A DNA stretch of 64,000 nt from Macrostomum hystrix (Eukaryota; Animalia; Platyhelminthes). Positions 1-11,524 of this stretch are shown here, piece after piece (the first letter of the stretch is position 1; the number at the start of each line of letters is the position of its first letter). The stretch covers positions 30,442,001 through 30,506,000 of the forward strand of contig CATNEN010000038.1 of the NCBI GenBank assembly GCA_950097015.1. Reading direction: 5' to 3'. The notes under the pieces were generated by a model that did not search any database, was not told the DNA's origin, and saw only the letters and a list, made by a program, of their open reading frames with translations. The position numbers were made by a program, and so were the translations under genes.

Positions 1-1053
1 TCATGTTTTTACAAGCTCAAAAACTATAAGCTCATTGCTATGCTATTGCCTTCATGCCTCTATTGAGCTGATTGTTAAGAATAGGTTTTTGGGCTTTAAT
101 GTACATAGCCTCTAATAAACCAAGATTGCAATCATTCCTACTCGATTCTAAAGACTTAAAAATTTCGTGTGGTTCAGCATTAGCACAACAGGTTAAAGTA
201 ATTTCGAACACAAGATTTTTAGCAAAGTTGATTTAGACAGGCCTAATGCAGATGTTAGCCAGTAGGCCTAGTGAGGTAAAAGCTGAAACAAAATGCGATC
301 GGTATGCGGCGATTTTCACTTTTAAATTATACTTAAATTTTTTCAAATATTTTTATATTAACAAAACACATGTTTCTTTTGATTCTAGAGTTTAAATTGC
401 TCAAGATGCAGTAGTTGTATGTGAATTTTGAATACTTAATTGATTTTTATGACAGTAACGTCATTTTAACGTTTTTACATTGTCGATGGGGGTTATCAGA
501 TTGATAAATCGAAAACAAGTCTACAAGAACCGAAAAGTACTTATTGTGCCCACATAAATTTGTGCTAATTATATTTAAGATATTGTTATTAGCACTTTTT
601 CAGGACTTGGTTTTCTTGGGCCCATTAATTTGTGAACCTCTTCCGGTAGCATTTATAATAGTTAATCGTAATAGTTAGGATCTAATTAAACCTCTAATCT
701 AAGTTAGGCTTAAGTTAGGGTCTCAGTCCCTAGGCATAAAACATATAATTTATATGGTTGCAGGGCGATCGGGCATTCCGGTGCCTGTGCTTTTGAATAG
801 GCCTACCAGGCATTTCGGTGCCCCGTCTTGCCTTTGGTACCTTTTTGATACATTTAAGCATTGAATGTAGGCCTACTTGAATGTTTTTCCATGTACAGAT
901 AGGATGTAAATGTAAGTTTTAGCCTAATTTAATTTTATTTGTAATAAATAAAATATTGACGAGGCTAAAGACCTACCAGGTGCTAGGGGAGGCAACAATG
1001 TAAGTCAGTCAATATCTTTATATGTATCTGCGAAAGATAGGCTGCCTCTGACA

Positions 1054-1648
1054 CAGGGTTTTTTATGCAAATAGGCCTAGGGTGTAATTTACACCCTGAA
1101 GTTTGGATTTGCACCCACTTTTTGGGCACTGGATGCAACTTGTGCATCTGCATTTTGAGATCAAGATGCATGCAAGTCATTTTTTAGCAAAAGTTACAAA
1201 CAAGATAATGTATAAATATATTCTAAATAATGAAACAATAGGCCTAGGCCTAAGATAATTAATTATTTATCCCAACAAAATTCTCAAATTTAGACCTAGA
1301 ATGCAAGTTGCATCTTGGTTTTCATATTTGCATCAATTTTTTTAGCTTGAGATGCAAGGTTGCATCCATACATGTGCAACACCCGGCTGACCTGGCCGAA
1401 TCGGCCGGGTGAAATGAGGGCCAAGCAAGGTAAGTTGCAAAAACCAACAACCAAGCACAAAAAAATCAAAGGGGGGGACCAAGGGACCAAAATGTAAGTC
1501 ATAAAGAAATGGAAAAGGGAGAGAAAAAGAGAGCAAATGAGAGTACACTAAGTTGTAAATAGAGCAAAAACTAAGTCGTACGGCCGGCTAAGATTTGGGA
1601 GGTTGCGCATGTATGGTTGCATCCACATTTTGGCAGAAAAAAACCCTG
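1054..1648. mobile_element. Non-autonomous hAT-type MITE (595 bp)
   Basis: Termini CAGGGTTTTTT... and ...AAAAAACCCTG are inverted repeats. Perfect 8-bp direct repeat CTCTGACA at 1046-1053 and 1649-1656 (TSD). No transposase ORF. Confidence 0.85.
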
Positions 1649-3379
1649 CTCTGACAGTCTAGACTGCCATCTCGCACTTTGTTAATTAATATTTGCTATG
1701 GAGCATGGTCACTCTCCCTTGCTCTTTTTCACAACACATGTTGTAAATGTAATAAAAATTTTCATTATCCTAAAAATGTTTACTTTTTTATTTGTCTTAT
1801 TTTTTAAATATTAGTATGATTAATTTGTATAGCATGTATAATTAGTAGGCCTTAACCCCTGGGTAGGCTAATTGCTAGCTAATCCCATCATTCATAAAAA
1901 TATTCTTGTTAACTAGGTACCTGCAGGCTGAAGCAGATTTTAATCAATTCTATTTATACTTTAATAACTCAAAGTTAGTGTCCTAGGGCTTCTTTATATT
2001 ATATTTACTGTTCCACTGTTATTATCAAAATTGTTATATAGAATTATTATACAATATTTAATATCCAATTGCTGTTATCAAAGTGATTATTAACCTTTCT
2101 TATAATTTAATGCAATATGAAGTTTTTAACTCTTAATGGTAGCTCGTATTTAAGTCTGAGTTAGTAGTGTTTTTATATAACAGAGTTCTAGTTTACATAT
2201 TTCATACAATTTTATAGGATTATATATTTACTTGTTAAGCAGGTTTTTGGTTAGCCTGGTTTGCAATGTTCAGTCCGCTTTTAAGGCATTACCAATGATC
2301 TAAGGATTACAGCTCTTCCTTTATATCTCCATTTATATCAAATGAATAACTCTGTTATGAACACTTAGTCTGATATATACTTATTTGAACCTTCAAGTCC
2401 TTTGGATGTTTTTCGCTCTTGACAAGGTTAAGTTTTCTTTCCCTCACTTCTCATGTATTTATAGTATTTTTCATAGTATCCCTATTGCAATGATGTACAA
2501 TAGGGATAATAATTGCTTTTAAATAATACAACATATTTATTGAATGGTATAGGACCAAGATTGCTATTGCTCAGTAAAGGCTCAATTGGATAGCTTGGGG
2601 TAGGTAGATATGAAATTGTTAGCGTGTGTCTATGATAAGTAGGGTTTGCTGCTAGTAAAGTAATTCCATTTTTTGTTGAAATTTTAGATGAAATTTTTAT
2701 GCTTCTTTTTATGCTATTTTTAGTGCTTCCTTGTTTATTGGTTAAAATTTTGGCAACTAGCTAACATCTTGCAGATATTCTTATGGTACCATGTTTCTAG
2801 CTAAATCACTTGTTACATAGCTGTTGAATCCTTTGTAGTTTTAAGGCAAGGCTGAATTGAAACAGCTTGGGTATAACCTGAGTACCTTGACTTCTTTTAG
2901 AAAGAACTAATCAATTCTTTGTTTCTGATCTGGATAGGAAGCCTGGTAATAGGAGGGTTAAGCAAGAATCACAGGTATGTTATTCTTCATTGTTTATCAA
3001 CAACTTTAGTATATAATTACCCAATCTAGACTTCTAGATTTTATTTAAGGTTTCAGAATTTAATATATTGTTATGTAGACCTCAACCTACAGTTTCTTTG
3101 TAAAAAATGTGCATTAATTATTTTAGTGCAATGCTAGCTCATACAAGTAAGTATCCTACTGTATGTTAAATAATTTCAAGTTTATGTTTTTAAGTGTTTT
3201 AAATGAGGCAGCATCTTTATTGTGCCCAAAATTATCTGTAATAAAGAAACAATGCACTGAACATTTAACAATTTCTGCAGCCCAGCTATACAAGTTTGGA
3301 TTCATTTATTAAATACTAGTAGATCTGTCATTCAATTAAAGAACATCTTTCGTTAAATATTCATCAGTTCATTGGTAAT

Positions 3380-6100
3380 ATGGCAGCGGCAGCAGAATTA
3401 TCAAAGGCTAGCATTACTTCTATTGAATCAAATGCGCCAGATGCAGCTAACACTGACGATTCTGAGCTAAATGGCGACGTCTCAAGCTCAACTGTTGGCG
3501 ATCCACAGAAGCATCCGCTGCATAATCGGTGAGTCTCTCTGTGGACTTAGTCCCTGCCCCTGTGTGCCACAATTTGATAGCGAAACTAGCCATACAGTTA
3601 AATTATTCAAGTCTATTGCGTTCAAATGCACCCAATCAAGGCTTATTGATGGCACATGGCAACTGTGCGTGCCATTCAGTAAAGAAAAGGTCATTTTGGA
3701 TAGAAAATTTCTCGGGATTGTGTCTAGCGTCATCGTCGAAACATTTTTCTCTAGCCATGGCTTCTTTCAGCAACAGTTGGCGCGTACATTCTCTTCCAGA
3801 ACGCTTCTTTTTGCGTTCTTTCTTTCTAATTTCTATCCCGCATTCCTAAACGCGAACTCGGTGCAAGGCCACAGAATTGGCCATGTGCATTTAGCGATTT
3901 CTGAATGAAAATTGATTAAGACGCGTGTACTTAAAAAATTTAAGCTTGAATGTTTTCTTACACGAAATGTAAACCAGAAAATAACGCGGTTTGTCTCTCG
4001 TTTGACGATGACAATGTCAGGGCTGATGTACACACCCTGTGTGAGCGTATGCTCAGGAGTCTGCGAAATGGGCAGAATCACCTCGCTAGCTGTGACCGTC
4101 TACTGCAGGGGTCGGCAAACTCCGGCCCGCGGGCCAGATGCGGCCCTCGAAGCTCCCAAATCCGGCCCGTTGCCCATTCCGACATCTACAGTATCCTGTC
4201 TCGTCTCTCCCCTGTAATATCTCTCCCCTGTCTCATCGCTCCCCTGTGTCCTTTCTCTCCCGTGTCTCATCTCTCCCGTGTCTCATCTCTCCCGTGTCTC
4301 ATCTCTCCCGTGTCTCATCTCTCCCGTGTCTCATCTCTCCAGTGTCTCATCTCTCCCCTGTCTGAACTCTCCCGCGTCTCATCTCTCCCGTGTCTCATCT
4401 CTCCCGTGTCTCATCTCTCCAGTGTCTCATCTCTCCCGTGTCTCTTCTCTCCCGTGTCTCATCTCTCCCGTGTCTCATCTCTCCCGTGTCTCATCTCTCC
4501 AGTGTCTCATCTCTCCAGTGTCTCATCTCTCCCGTGTCTCATCTCTCCCGTCTCATCTCTCCAGTGTCTCGTCTCTTCCCTGTCTCATCTCACCTGTGTC
4601 TCATCTCTCCCCTGTCTCAACTCTCCCGCGTCTCATCTCTCCCGTGTCTCATCTCTACATTGTCTCATATTTTTACAGTCAATGCGGCCCGCTGTCGTCT
4701 TTTAGATTCTCTATTTGGCCCGCTAGCTAATAAGTTTGCCGACCCCTGGTCTACTGTCACCAAATGATGTGCCATTGCCCACAGTCCTTTAGTAATTATT
4801 CAAACTCAACATTAGGTATACCAAGCTATTTTGCCACCCGTTTTTATACCAAGGGGGAAATACCCCCTGAACATTTTTAGGCAGCGCCTGAATTGTAACA
4901 ACGTTGGGTGGTGATTAATTTGTTGACAGACTAGGCGATGCTGTCCTGTGGTTGAGCTGCGCCTAATATTTACGCTGGATCAGTGAAATTGGAAAAAATC
5001 GCGTCAGGGTGTCCCAAGTGACCTTTTTTACCTGTTGTAGCCTTTGAAGGTCCAGCAGTCCGTCTAAGACCTAGATAGAGGTAGGTGACCACCGAAGACG
5101 GAGATGACACATTCGGGTGACATGCTGATAAATTTTGAAAAGCCTGGCAAGGCAGCACTGAGGCGCAGTGCTAATTCGTGTATAAGGGTGTATGAAATAC
5201 ACTAGCGCTTATGGGAAAAATTTGACCTTTGGCCAGTACCATTGAATATCTCGACGGTATGAAGGGCTGGCGACTTGATTATTGTTTCAGAAGATGCGCA
5301 ACACAAAAATTGGGCCGTGTTCTTGAGTTTCGTGTGCTTGCGTTGCTCCGTTCGGGTGCAGCACAAAAAATGGTCTGGGGTGGGAATTCCACCACCTTGG
5401 TAGTTCTACTGTTAACTTACAAAAGCTTTTTATCCTACAAGCCCCTGGCAGGAAATGTGATCGGGACTAAGGAAATGAACAGAATAGCCATACAGAATAT
5501 ATAGTATGAATTAAAGATAGCTTACTAAAAATGAAAGCTGTGCCACCCCGCCAATTCAATTCAACTCGCAGCTGGACTCTCTGGTTCTTCAAGAATGATC
5601 GCCAGAAATCATGGAACGAGAACCAGAAACAAGTGACCAGCTTCTGCTTTGTAGAAGATTTCTGGGCTCTGTTTAACCACATTCAGCCGGCCAGCAAGCT
5701 GCCAGTTGGCTGCGATTATTCCCTATTCAAGGAGGGCATTAATCCCATGTGGGAGGATTCCAGCAATGTGAAAGGCGGTCGCTGGCTCATTACTTTGGAT
5801 AAGAATAAGCGCACGCACAGTATGGACAGCTTCTGGATTGAGACCCTGCTGCTATTAATTGGCGAAGGTTTCGACGACGATTCTGACGAAATTTGCGGCG
5901 CAATCGTCCAGATTCGCGCCAAGCAGGACAAATTGTCCGTCTGGACTAGGACAGCCGATAAGCGCGAGGCTTGCCTGAACATCGGCCAGCGGCTCAAGGA
6001 GGCCTTGAAGATTCCGGACCATATTCAGATAGCCTACCAGACTCACACAGATCAGGAGCAGAAGAGCTCCAGTATGGCTAAGAGTACCTACGTTTTGTAG
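3380..6100 (+). CDS. eIF4E: Class I eukaryotic translation initiation factor 4E; exons 3380-3528 and 5572-6100; 225 aa
   Basis: GT-AG splice (CG|gtgagt ... cgcag|C) joins KHPLHN-R-WTLWFFKND. Contains VEDFWAL, DYSLFKEGINPMWED, GGRW, LIGE and KLSVWT; all eight conserved Trp are present. The ORF-track start at 5531 is intronic. Confidence 0.95.
4106..4748. mobile_element. hAT (Charlie/Buster-like) MITE in the eIF4E intron, carrying an internal minisatellite
   Basis: 16-bp perfect TIR CAGGGGTCGGCAAACT / AGTTTGCCGACCCCTG. 8-bp TSD GTCTACTG (4098-4105 and 4749-4756) with a central TA. Subterminal GGCCCG motifs typical of Charlie-like elements. Confidence 0.92.
4195..4670. repeat. 17-bp minisatellite (TCTCCCGTGTCTCATCT)n inside the MITE
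   Basis: About 25 direct tandem units; source of the SHLSRVSSLPCLISPV ORFs. Confidence 0.95.
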
Positions 6101-7393
6101 TTCACCTATAGCAGCAGCTGACTCTTCTGTGACACTAATCAATTTGTTTTAGTCAGCTTTATTAGTGTGTGCCTCTCTATAGCGTCAGTTGAGAAATTTG
6201 AAAATTTATTTGTATTATGTTAGCCGTGTTTCAATTGCGTATTTGACTCCTGCAATTCTTCACTTGATAATATTTTTCTTTGAAAATTTACTTTAATGGT
6301 CTTAGGTTTAGAAGCGGACTCGCTTTCGGTTGATACAGTTCGTATGATGACAATAATAATAATAAATAATAAAATGATAATAACAACGTTTTCTGTAATA
6401 TGCTAGAATAAATATTAGTTGTATATTGATTAGAATTATCTTTGTTCTTATTTTACCATAGCAATGTATCGTTATTTTGTTATTATTTTGTATCGTTTAT
6501 TTGAAAATTATATGAGGTGATGGTTTTGTCTGCATGTTTTGCTTTGTTAATTATTTTTATAGAAATATATTATATAGTAATTTTCCTGTTTGTGTGTGTT
6601 TGTGATAATTATCTTTCGCTTACAAACCTGTTTCAAGTTTTCAATTAGTTAAAGAAAGAAGAATTTTGCAACTTGCTACTAAGTAAGTAGTCTAACCATA
6701 AATTGAGTTATTTTATTGCACACTTCCTTAATGTATTTTTCTCTTTCGTTTAACAATTGGTTTTGTGTAGACAAAAAATTAATGCTGTTCATTGGTGCGT
6801 GTGTTAATTTTTAAAACTCTTGCGCTTATAAATACTACTACTATTAAGTAGTGTGAAAAGCATGCAAAAAACTTTGTTCGTATTAATTATTTTCTTTAAA
6901 TAACACAACTATTTCATGCTTTATCACTCACTTATCTCGTTACCTCCCCCGCTCGCGTGACAATAATTATTGATAACAATTGGCTTTGAAGCTGTGTCAG
7001 TTGAACTGAATGTTTCATAGATTTCATAGTCCTCTGCTGTCTCCCCAATGCTACCTATATGTGTGTTACTGTATGTACCTGACACTGTCAGTTGGTTATA
7101 ATCATTTATATGCACATTTATTTAAATAAATTTTTGAATCTAGACAAATTAAAGTTGTTTCTTTTAAAGACAAAAAATTATTTAAAATGTTCCGCTGAGT
7201 TTCCTTTGTCTCGCTCTTTTTCTCTTTTCGGTAAGCTAAAAATCAACGGAAATAAAATATTTCAAGATTCCAAGTTACTAACATCTTAATCCTGTCAAGA
7301 TCCCAAATCACTAACATCCCAATTATACTTTTATGAGCCCAAGCTGCTTATATCCCTATCCTCTTTTAGAATCCCAAGTTACTAATATCCCAA

Positions 7394-8008
7394 TGATGTG
7401 CTGTAGACTGCTGAGCAGCCTCCAGGCAATCTGTGAGTCAGGCTGTTCTAGGTCTGTGGGAGGGCTAGGGTTGGTAGTTAGTGTTTCCCGTGCACTGTCA
7501 CCTCCGCTCGCCACCCCCTCCGCTCTCTCTCTCTTTCCAGCTCTGTCTGCGCACTGAGTCACATTGCACACCATGGTGCAATCGCTTAAGTTCGGAAGAA
7601 GACTGGCAGAACAACGCTCAAATGCTCCTACTATAAGTAGAGCACAGTCCGACGAATCCTTGAGATGGTGTTGTTATCATGGTAGCACTATTTCTTTATA
7701 TTGATGGCACTTTCTTGTCTCCAGTCTTCATGCGTTTATCGCTTTGCATTGTCTCTAAGATCCTACAAAGCTTTTGTTGGTCTAGGCCGCATACTGCATT
7801 TAGAAGCATAGTGTGCCGCCCGATCAAGAGTAAGATCTGTGAGAGTAGTTAGCTGTGAGAGAAAACTTAGCAATCAAAGCCTGACTACCGGATTGTTCCT
7901 CTGCTAGGAAGCATCTGCGTGTGAGGCCGGTAAAATCTCCTTTCTGAATCCAGTGTCCTGTCTTGGTCATTTACCAATTGTGTGTGCCACGCTACCAAAG
8001 GTACAACA
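7394..8008 (+). repeat. 5' LTR (615 bp)
   Basis: TGATGTGC...GTACAACA. Matches 12731-13345 except one visible substitution near the end (ACCAAAGG vs ACCACAGG). TATA-like CTATAAGTA near 7631. Confidence 0.97.
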
Positions 8009-8009
8009 T

Positions 8010-8033
8010 TGGTGGCAAAGCGGTGTGATTCGA
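8010..8033 (+). promoter_or_regulatory. Primer binding site, tRNA-Leu-like
   Basis: TGGTGGCAaaGCGGTGtGATTCGA starts 1 nt after the LTR. It resembles the complement of the metazoan tRNA-Leu(AAG/TAG) 3' end (TGGTGGCAGCGGTGGGATTCGA, from recall) with a 2-nt insertion and one mismatch. Confidence 0.7.
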
Positions 8034-8070
8034 GTTAGCCTTTTACTCATTCACTGCGGAAACGAACGCC

Positions 8071-9348
8071 ATGTCCCAAGAGGAATTGGATTCTGAGAGG
8101 GAGGAGAGGCAGCAGGTAGCCCGGAGCAAGGAGTCTCGCGGTGGCTGTGCGCTGCAGGAAGCTCGGTCAAGACGGTATGACCGCGGAAACGGCTGCGTCG
8201 GCGACGGCGAGGACAGCAAGAGCGACTTCGGCGACGACGACCAGTCCGGCGGCGAGGACGACCGAGGAGCGGCGGCGGCAGCAAGGCGACGACGACCGAG
8301 GCTGGACGACAGGGCAACGGCTGACCTGGTGTACCGGATGCTCAACCTGATGGAGAAGCAGGTGGAACAACAACAAGGTAGGACGGCGAAGATTGCCAAG
8401 TTTTCTCGGGGTCAGGACGTACATCTGTGGGTGGAGGCGTTTGAAGCGTATTGCGCCCGGGCTGCGATTCGCAGTTCGGAGACACGCAAGGCCCTTTTAC
8501 TCGACCACCTCGATGTACAGTGCCTGAATGCCGTCCTCAGGATGAGGCTGCCCGAAGAGCTCACGTATGCCCAGTTCAAGGAGCGTATGGTGGAGCGATT
8601 CGCGCAGCTGAGCAGTCCTGAGGAGTACCGAGACGAGTTCCGCAATCGCTATCAGAAGAAAGCGGAAACGCTTGATGACTATGCTGATGCGTTGCAGGGA
8701 CTCGGTGAGCAGGCCTACACCAACCTTCGCCAGAGAGACCTGGACTATGAGTTGGTCGACCAGTTTGTGAAAGGGGTTCGGACTTCGGTTGAGAACCGCA
8801 AGCACCTGCTGCGGACTCGCCCTAGGACACTCCTAGAGGCTAGGCGAGAGTTAAAGCGCCTAGAGGTGGTCGACGAGGCAGTCCAGAGGGCGAAGGATGG
8901 GCCGGCTCGGATGGTGCACGGCGAGGATGAGGACCTGAATGCGCGGCCGCCACCGCAAGGTGTTACCGCTGCGCTGAAGGGACTCGAATCGCTGATGACC
9001 AAGATGGTCGAAGTGCAGGGACAGCAGCTTCAGCATCAGCAAGAGATGCAGGAGATGCTGGTCCAGGCACTCAGTCGACCACAGGGAGCCGTGCAGCAGG
9101 AAGGACCGGCGCCGCCAAGAGGGGCATGCTTTGGTTGCGGAAAGTTTGGACACCTGAGGCGTGATTGCCCGACGAGGCCACCTAAGCCGCGTTATGAGCA
9201 CCACGCACAGGGGTACCTGAGAGAGCAACGGCAAGAGCCCAGGCAGCAGTCCGAGCTGCAGGCCCAAGGCACTCAGACGTCGGGAAACGGGACGGCGAGG
9301 AGCATGGAAGGCGATGCCCCTCGCAGTCCAGTTCCTGGACGGGCCTGA
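8071..9348 (+). CDS. gag: Retrotransposon Gag, 425 aa (capsid plus CCHC nucleocapsid)
   Basis: Capsid-like KFSRGQDVHLWVEAFE...RYQKKAETLDDYADAL...DQFVKG and zinc knuckle CFGCGKFGHLRRDC. Confidence 0.93.
   Translation: MSQEELDSEREERQQVARSKESRGGCALQEARSRRYDRGNGCVGDGEDSKSDFGDDDQSGGEDDRGAAAAARRRRPRLDDRATADLVYRMLNLMEKQVEQQQGRTAKIAKFSRGQDVHLWVEAFEAYCARAAIRSSETRKALLLDHLDVQCLNAVLRMRLPEELTYAQFKERMVERFAQLSSPEEYRDEFRNRYQKKAETLDDYADALQGLGEQAYTNLRQRDLDYELVDQFVKGVRTSVENRKHLLRTRPRTLLEARRELKRLEVVDEAVQRAKDGPARMVHGEDEDLNARPPPQGVTAALKGLESLMTKMVEVQGQQLQHQQEMQEMLVQALSRPQGAVQQEGPAPPRGACFGCGKFGHLRRDCPTRPPKPRYEHHAQGYLREQRQEPRQQSELQAQGTQTSGNGTARSMEGDAPRSPVPGRA
9282..9335 (+). promoter_or_regulatory. -1 programmed ribosomal frameshift signal (gag to pro)
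   Basis: G GGA AAC heptamer (9282-9288) in the gag frame. After a 6-nt spacer, GCGAGG (9295-9300) pairs with CCTCGC (9319-9324) and GCAT with ATGC. The -1 frame is stop-free into the protease. Confidence 0.85.
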
Positions 9349-10412
9349 GGGGAACTGAGGAGCAAGCTGGAGGAGAGGGTAGGGGCTCTCCTAGCACCAG
9401 CTTCCTCGAGCGTTGGTATGCCTCCAACGCTGACCCCTATATAACGGCGATGGTCTCCAAGAAGACAGTGCCCTTTCTCCTAGATTCAGGGAGTAGGCGC
9501 TGTCTGATTGGGAGTGAGACGTGGGCATCTCTGCGGCATGTAGTGCCGCACGCTGTGCTGACAGGAGAGAGTGCCCTGTGCAACTTCGATGGTTCTCGGT
9601 TGCCAGTCTTAGGGCGAGTCGCCTTTGAGGTCAGGCTCGGCGACTACGCAGTAGACGTCGAGTTCTGCGTGACAAAGGGCGAGCACGAGAACATCTTAGG
9701 AATTTATTTCATGCGCCAGCACGCCCAGAAGATTGATTTTCCGAAGGGGATGCTGACCATGAAATCAGGAACCAGAGTACCGCTGAGGTACACGAGGCGA
9801 GAGGCGAGGGCCAGCCGGGTCTACTCACTCGAGCGGACCACAGTGCCAGCGCGCTCTTCGAGGCTCGTGGCGGTGAAGCTAGCGGGTGGCCGGACAGACT
9901 GTCACGGCACGCCGCTGTTTGTCAAGTCCTTGAAGTCAGGACTAAAGCCGGGAGCGTCTCAGGTAGGGATGACTCCGAAATTGATGACGATGGCTGACGG
10001 TACAGGATGTGTTGAGGTCATCAACACCTCTTGTTTTCCGGCTGTCATTCGTCGCACTAAACTGGTAGGGCTGGCAAGGTCCTTGAAGGCAGATGAGCTT
10101 GAGCATCTGCCAGAGTTGGAAGAGACGCCAGTCCTGGGACCTGTCGAGGTGCGCCAAGACAAGACGGTGCTGCAAGGGTGTCAGGAAGACACGACCGCAG
10201 GCCAGCCTTTGAGGCAGGAAGCACCTGTCTACGGGGCCCCGCAGTCAGCTCGTCGCAGCCAGTTCTGCCTGCAGACTGTGGACGCCGCCGTGCAGACGGT
10301 AGCTACGGAAGGTAGCTGGAGCCAGGGAGCCACGAGGGAGGAGCACTGGGTGCGGGCTGTGATGCCAAGGCGCAGGTGCAGACTCAAGTGGTGGCTGAAG
10401 GCTCAGAGGTAA
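9288..10412 (+). CDS. pro: Retropepsin aspartic protease (-1 frame continuation of Gag)
   Basis: PFLLDSGS active site, GRV flap region and ILGIYFM motif. Frame is open from the slippery site, well upstream of the ATG at 9450. Confidence 0.9.
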   Translation, partial: RDGEEHGRRCPSQSSSWTGLRGTEEQAGGEGRGSPSTSFLERWYASNADPYITAMVSKKTVPFLLDSGSRRCLIGSETWASLRHVVPHAVLTGESALCNFDGSRLPVLGRVAFEVRLGDYAVDVEFCVTKGEHENILGIYFMRQHAQKIDFPKGMLTMKSGTRVPLRYTRREARASRVYSLERTTVPARSSRLVAVKLAGGRTDCHGTPLFVKSLKSGLKPGASQVGMTPKLMTMADGTGCVEVINTSCFPAVIRRTKLVGLARSLKADELEHLPELEETPVLGPVEVRQDKTVLQGCQEDTTAGQPLRQEAPVYGAPQSARRSQFCLQTVDAAVQTVATEGSWSQGATREEHWVRAVMPRRRCRLKWWLKAQR

Positions 10413-11473
10413 AGGAGAAGGTGCCCGCTCGTCGCAGCCAGTCCTGCCTGCAGGCGCCGGATCCGGAGCCTCTGGTGTGTCCGGAGACAGAGGAGGAGGT
10501 GTCCGCTCGTTGCAGCCAGTCCTGCCTGCAGACACCGAATCCTGCTGTCGAGGAGTTCTCGGAAACAGGGGAGAAGTCGCTGGCTCGTTGCAGCCAGTCC
10601 TGCCTGCGAGCGACTGATCCCGCTGTGTCAGGGTCCTCGGGTCAGGAGGATCAGCAGTTAGCTCGTTGCAGCCAGTCCTGCCTGCCGACTGCTGGTCTCT
10701 CCGTGGGACAGGGAGCAGAGGTGGAGGGGTGTTGTCAGACTCGTTGCGACCAGTCTCGCCTGTCAAGGATACCCCCTGCTGCCAGGGCTCCTGGGTCCAA
10801 GGACAAGGAGGACGAGTACAGTGGAGGGCTGCCTCCGGTAAGAGCAGCGGTCCTGAAGGTGCCGGTTAGCCAGGTTGAGTTGCTGGAAGTTCAGCGCCAA
10901 GACCCGGCAACCCGACACCCGATGGAAGAGCTGAGGTTGTCAGGCAAGGAAGAACATCATCTCCGCCAACAACTTCAGGTGACAAAGGAGGTGAGCACGG
11001 CACAGCGGAAGCGCGGAAGGCAGCCCCAGGGTAGCCCTCCGATAGCTGACGCGGCCGGCGAACCAGACGACAGCAACGACGGAGAAGGCAGCGACGAGAT
11101 TGGCCTAAGGGGCGCACGCCGGTGGCACTTGCGGGCTGCCTCTGGGTCGAGTCTCCACGAGTCGGTCGGCCAGGAGATCTGCAACGGAGAAGAGGCGGGG
11201 GAGGCGTCTGGTGATGTGGTTGTCCTGCCGTCGGACAGTCCGTTGCCCTCTCCAACCCTGCCCCCTATCCCATCCTCTGTGCACGGGGAAGTTGCAGATG
11301 GTGTTAGGGCCGAGGAAGTAGGTGAGGCTGCTCAAATAGGTGAGGCTAGGGATCAGGAGCCGCAGCAGAGGCCGCAAAGAGTTAGGCGAGAGCCTGAAAG
11401 GCTGCAGGTCGGTCCAAGCAGAAAGTCCTATTTTGTCAGAGCAATGTATGGCCTACCTACAATGTTCCAGTGA
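10316..11473 (+). pseudogene. Remnant pol ORF with 78-bp Cys-containing repeats; catalytic domains absent
   Basis: Shares the ARxSQxCL repeat with the end of the protease frame but is shifted by -1. ELLEVQRQDP and RPQRVRREPERL resemble the pre-integrase linker and the C-terminal tail of Gypsy Pol (judged by eye). Confidence 0.6.
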
Positions 11474-11524
11474 AATCCTTTCCGAATCGGAGCATCGAAG
11501 ATTCCCCGAAAGAGATAAGAAAAA

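Noticed and set aside
3471-5504. Short ORFs in the eIF4E intron; likewise the antisense ORFs across the LTR element (8043-12244)
   Set aside because: Intronic, repeat-derived or GC-rich shadow frames without motifs.
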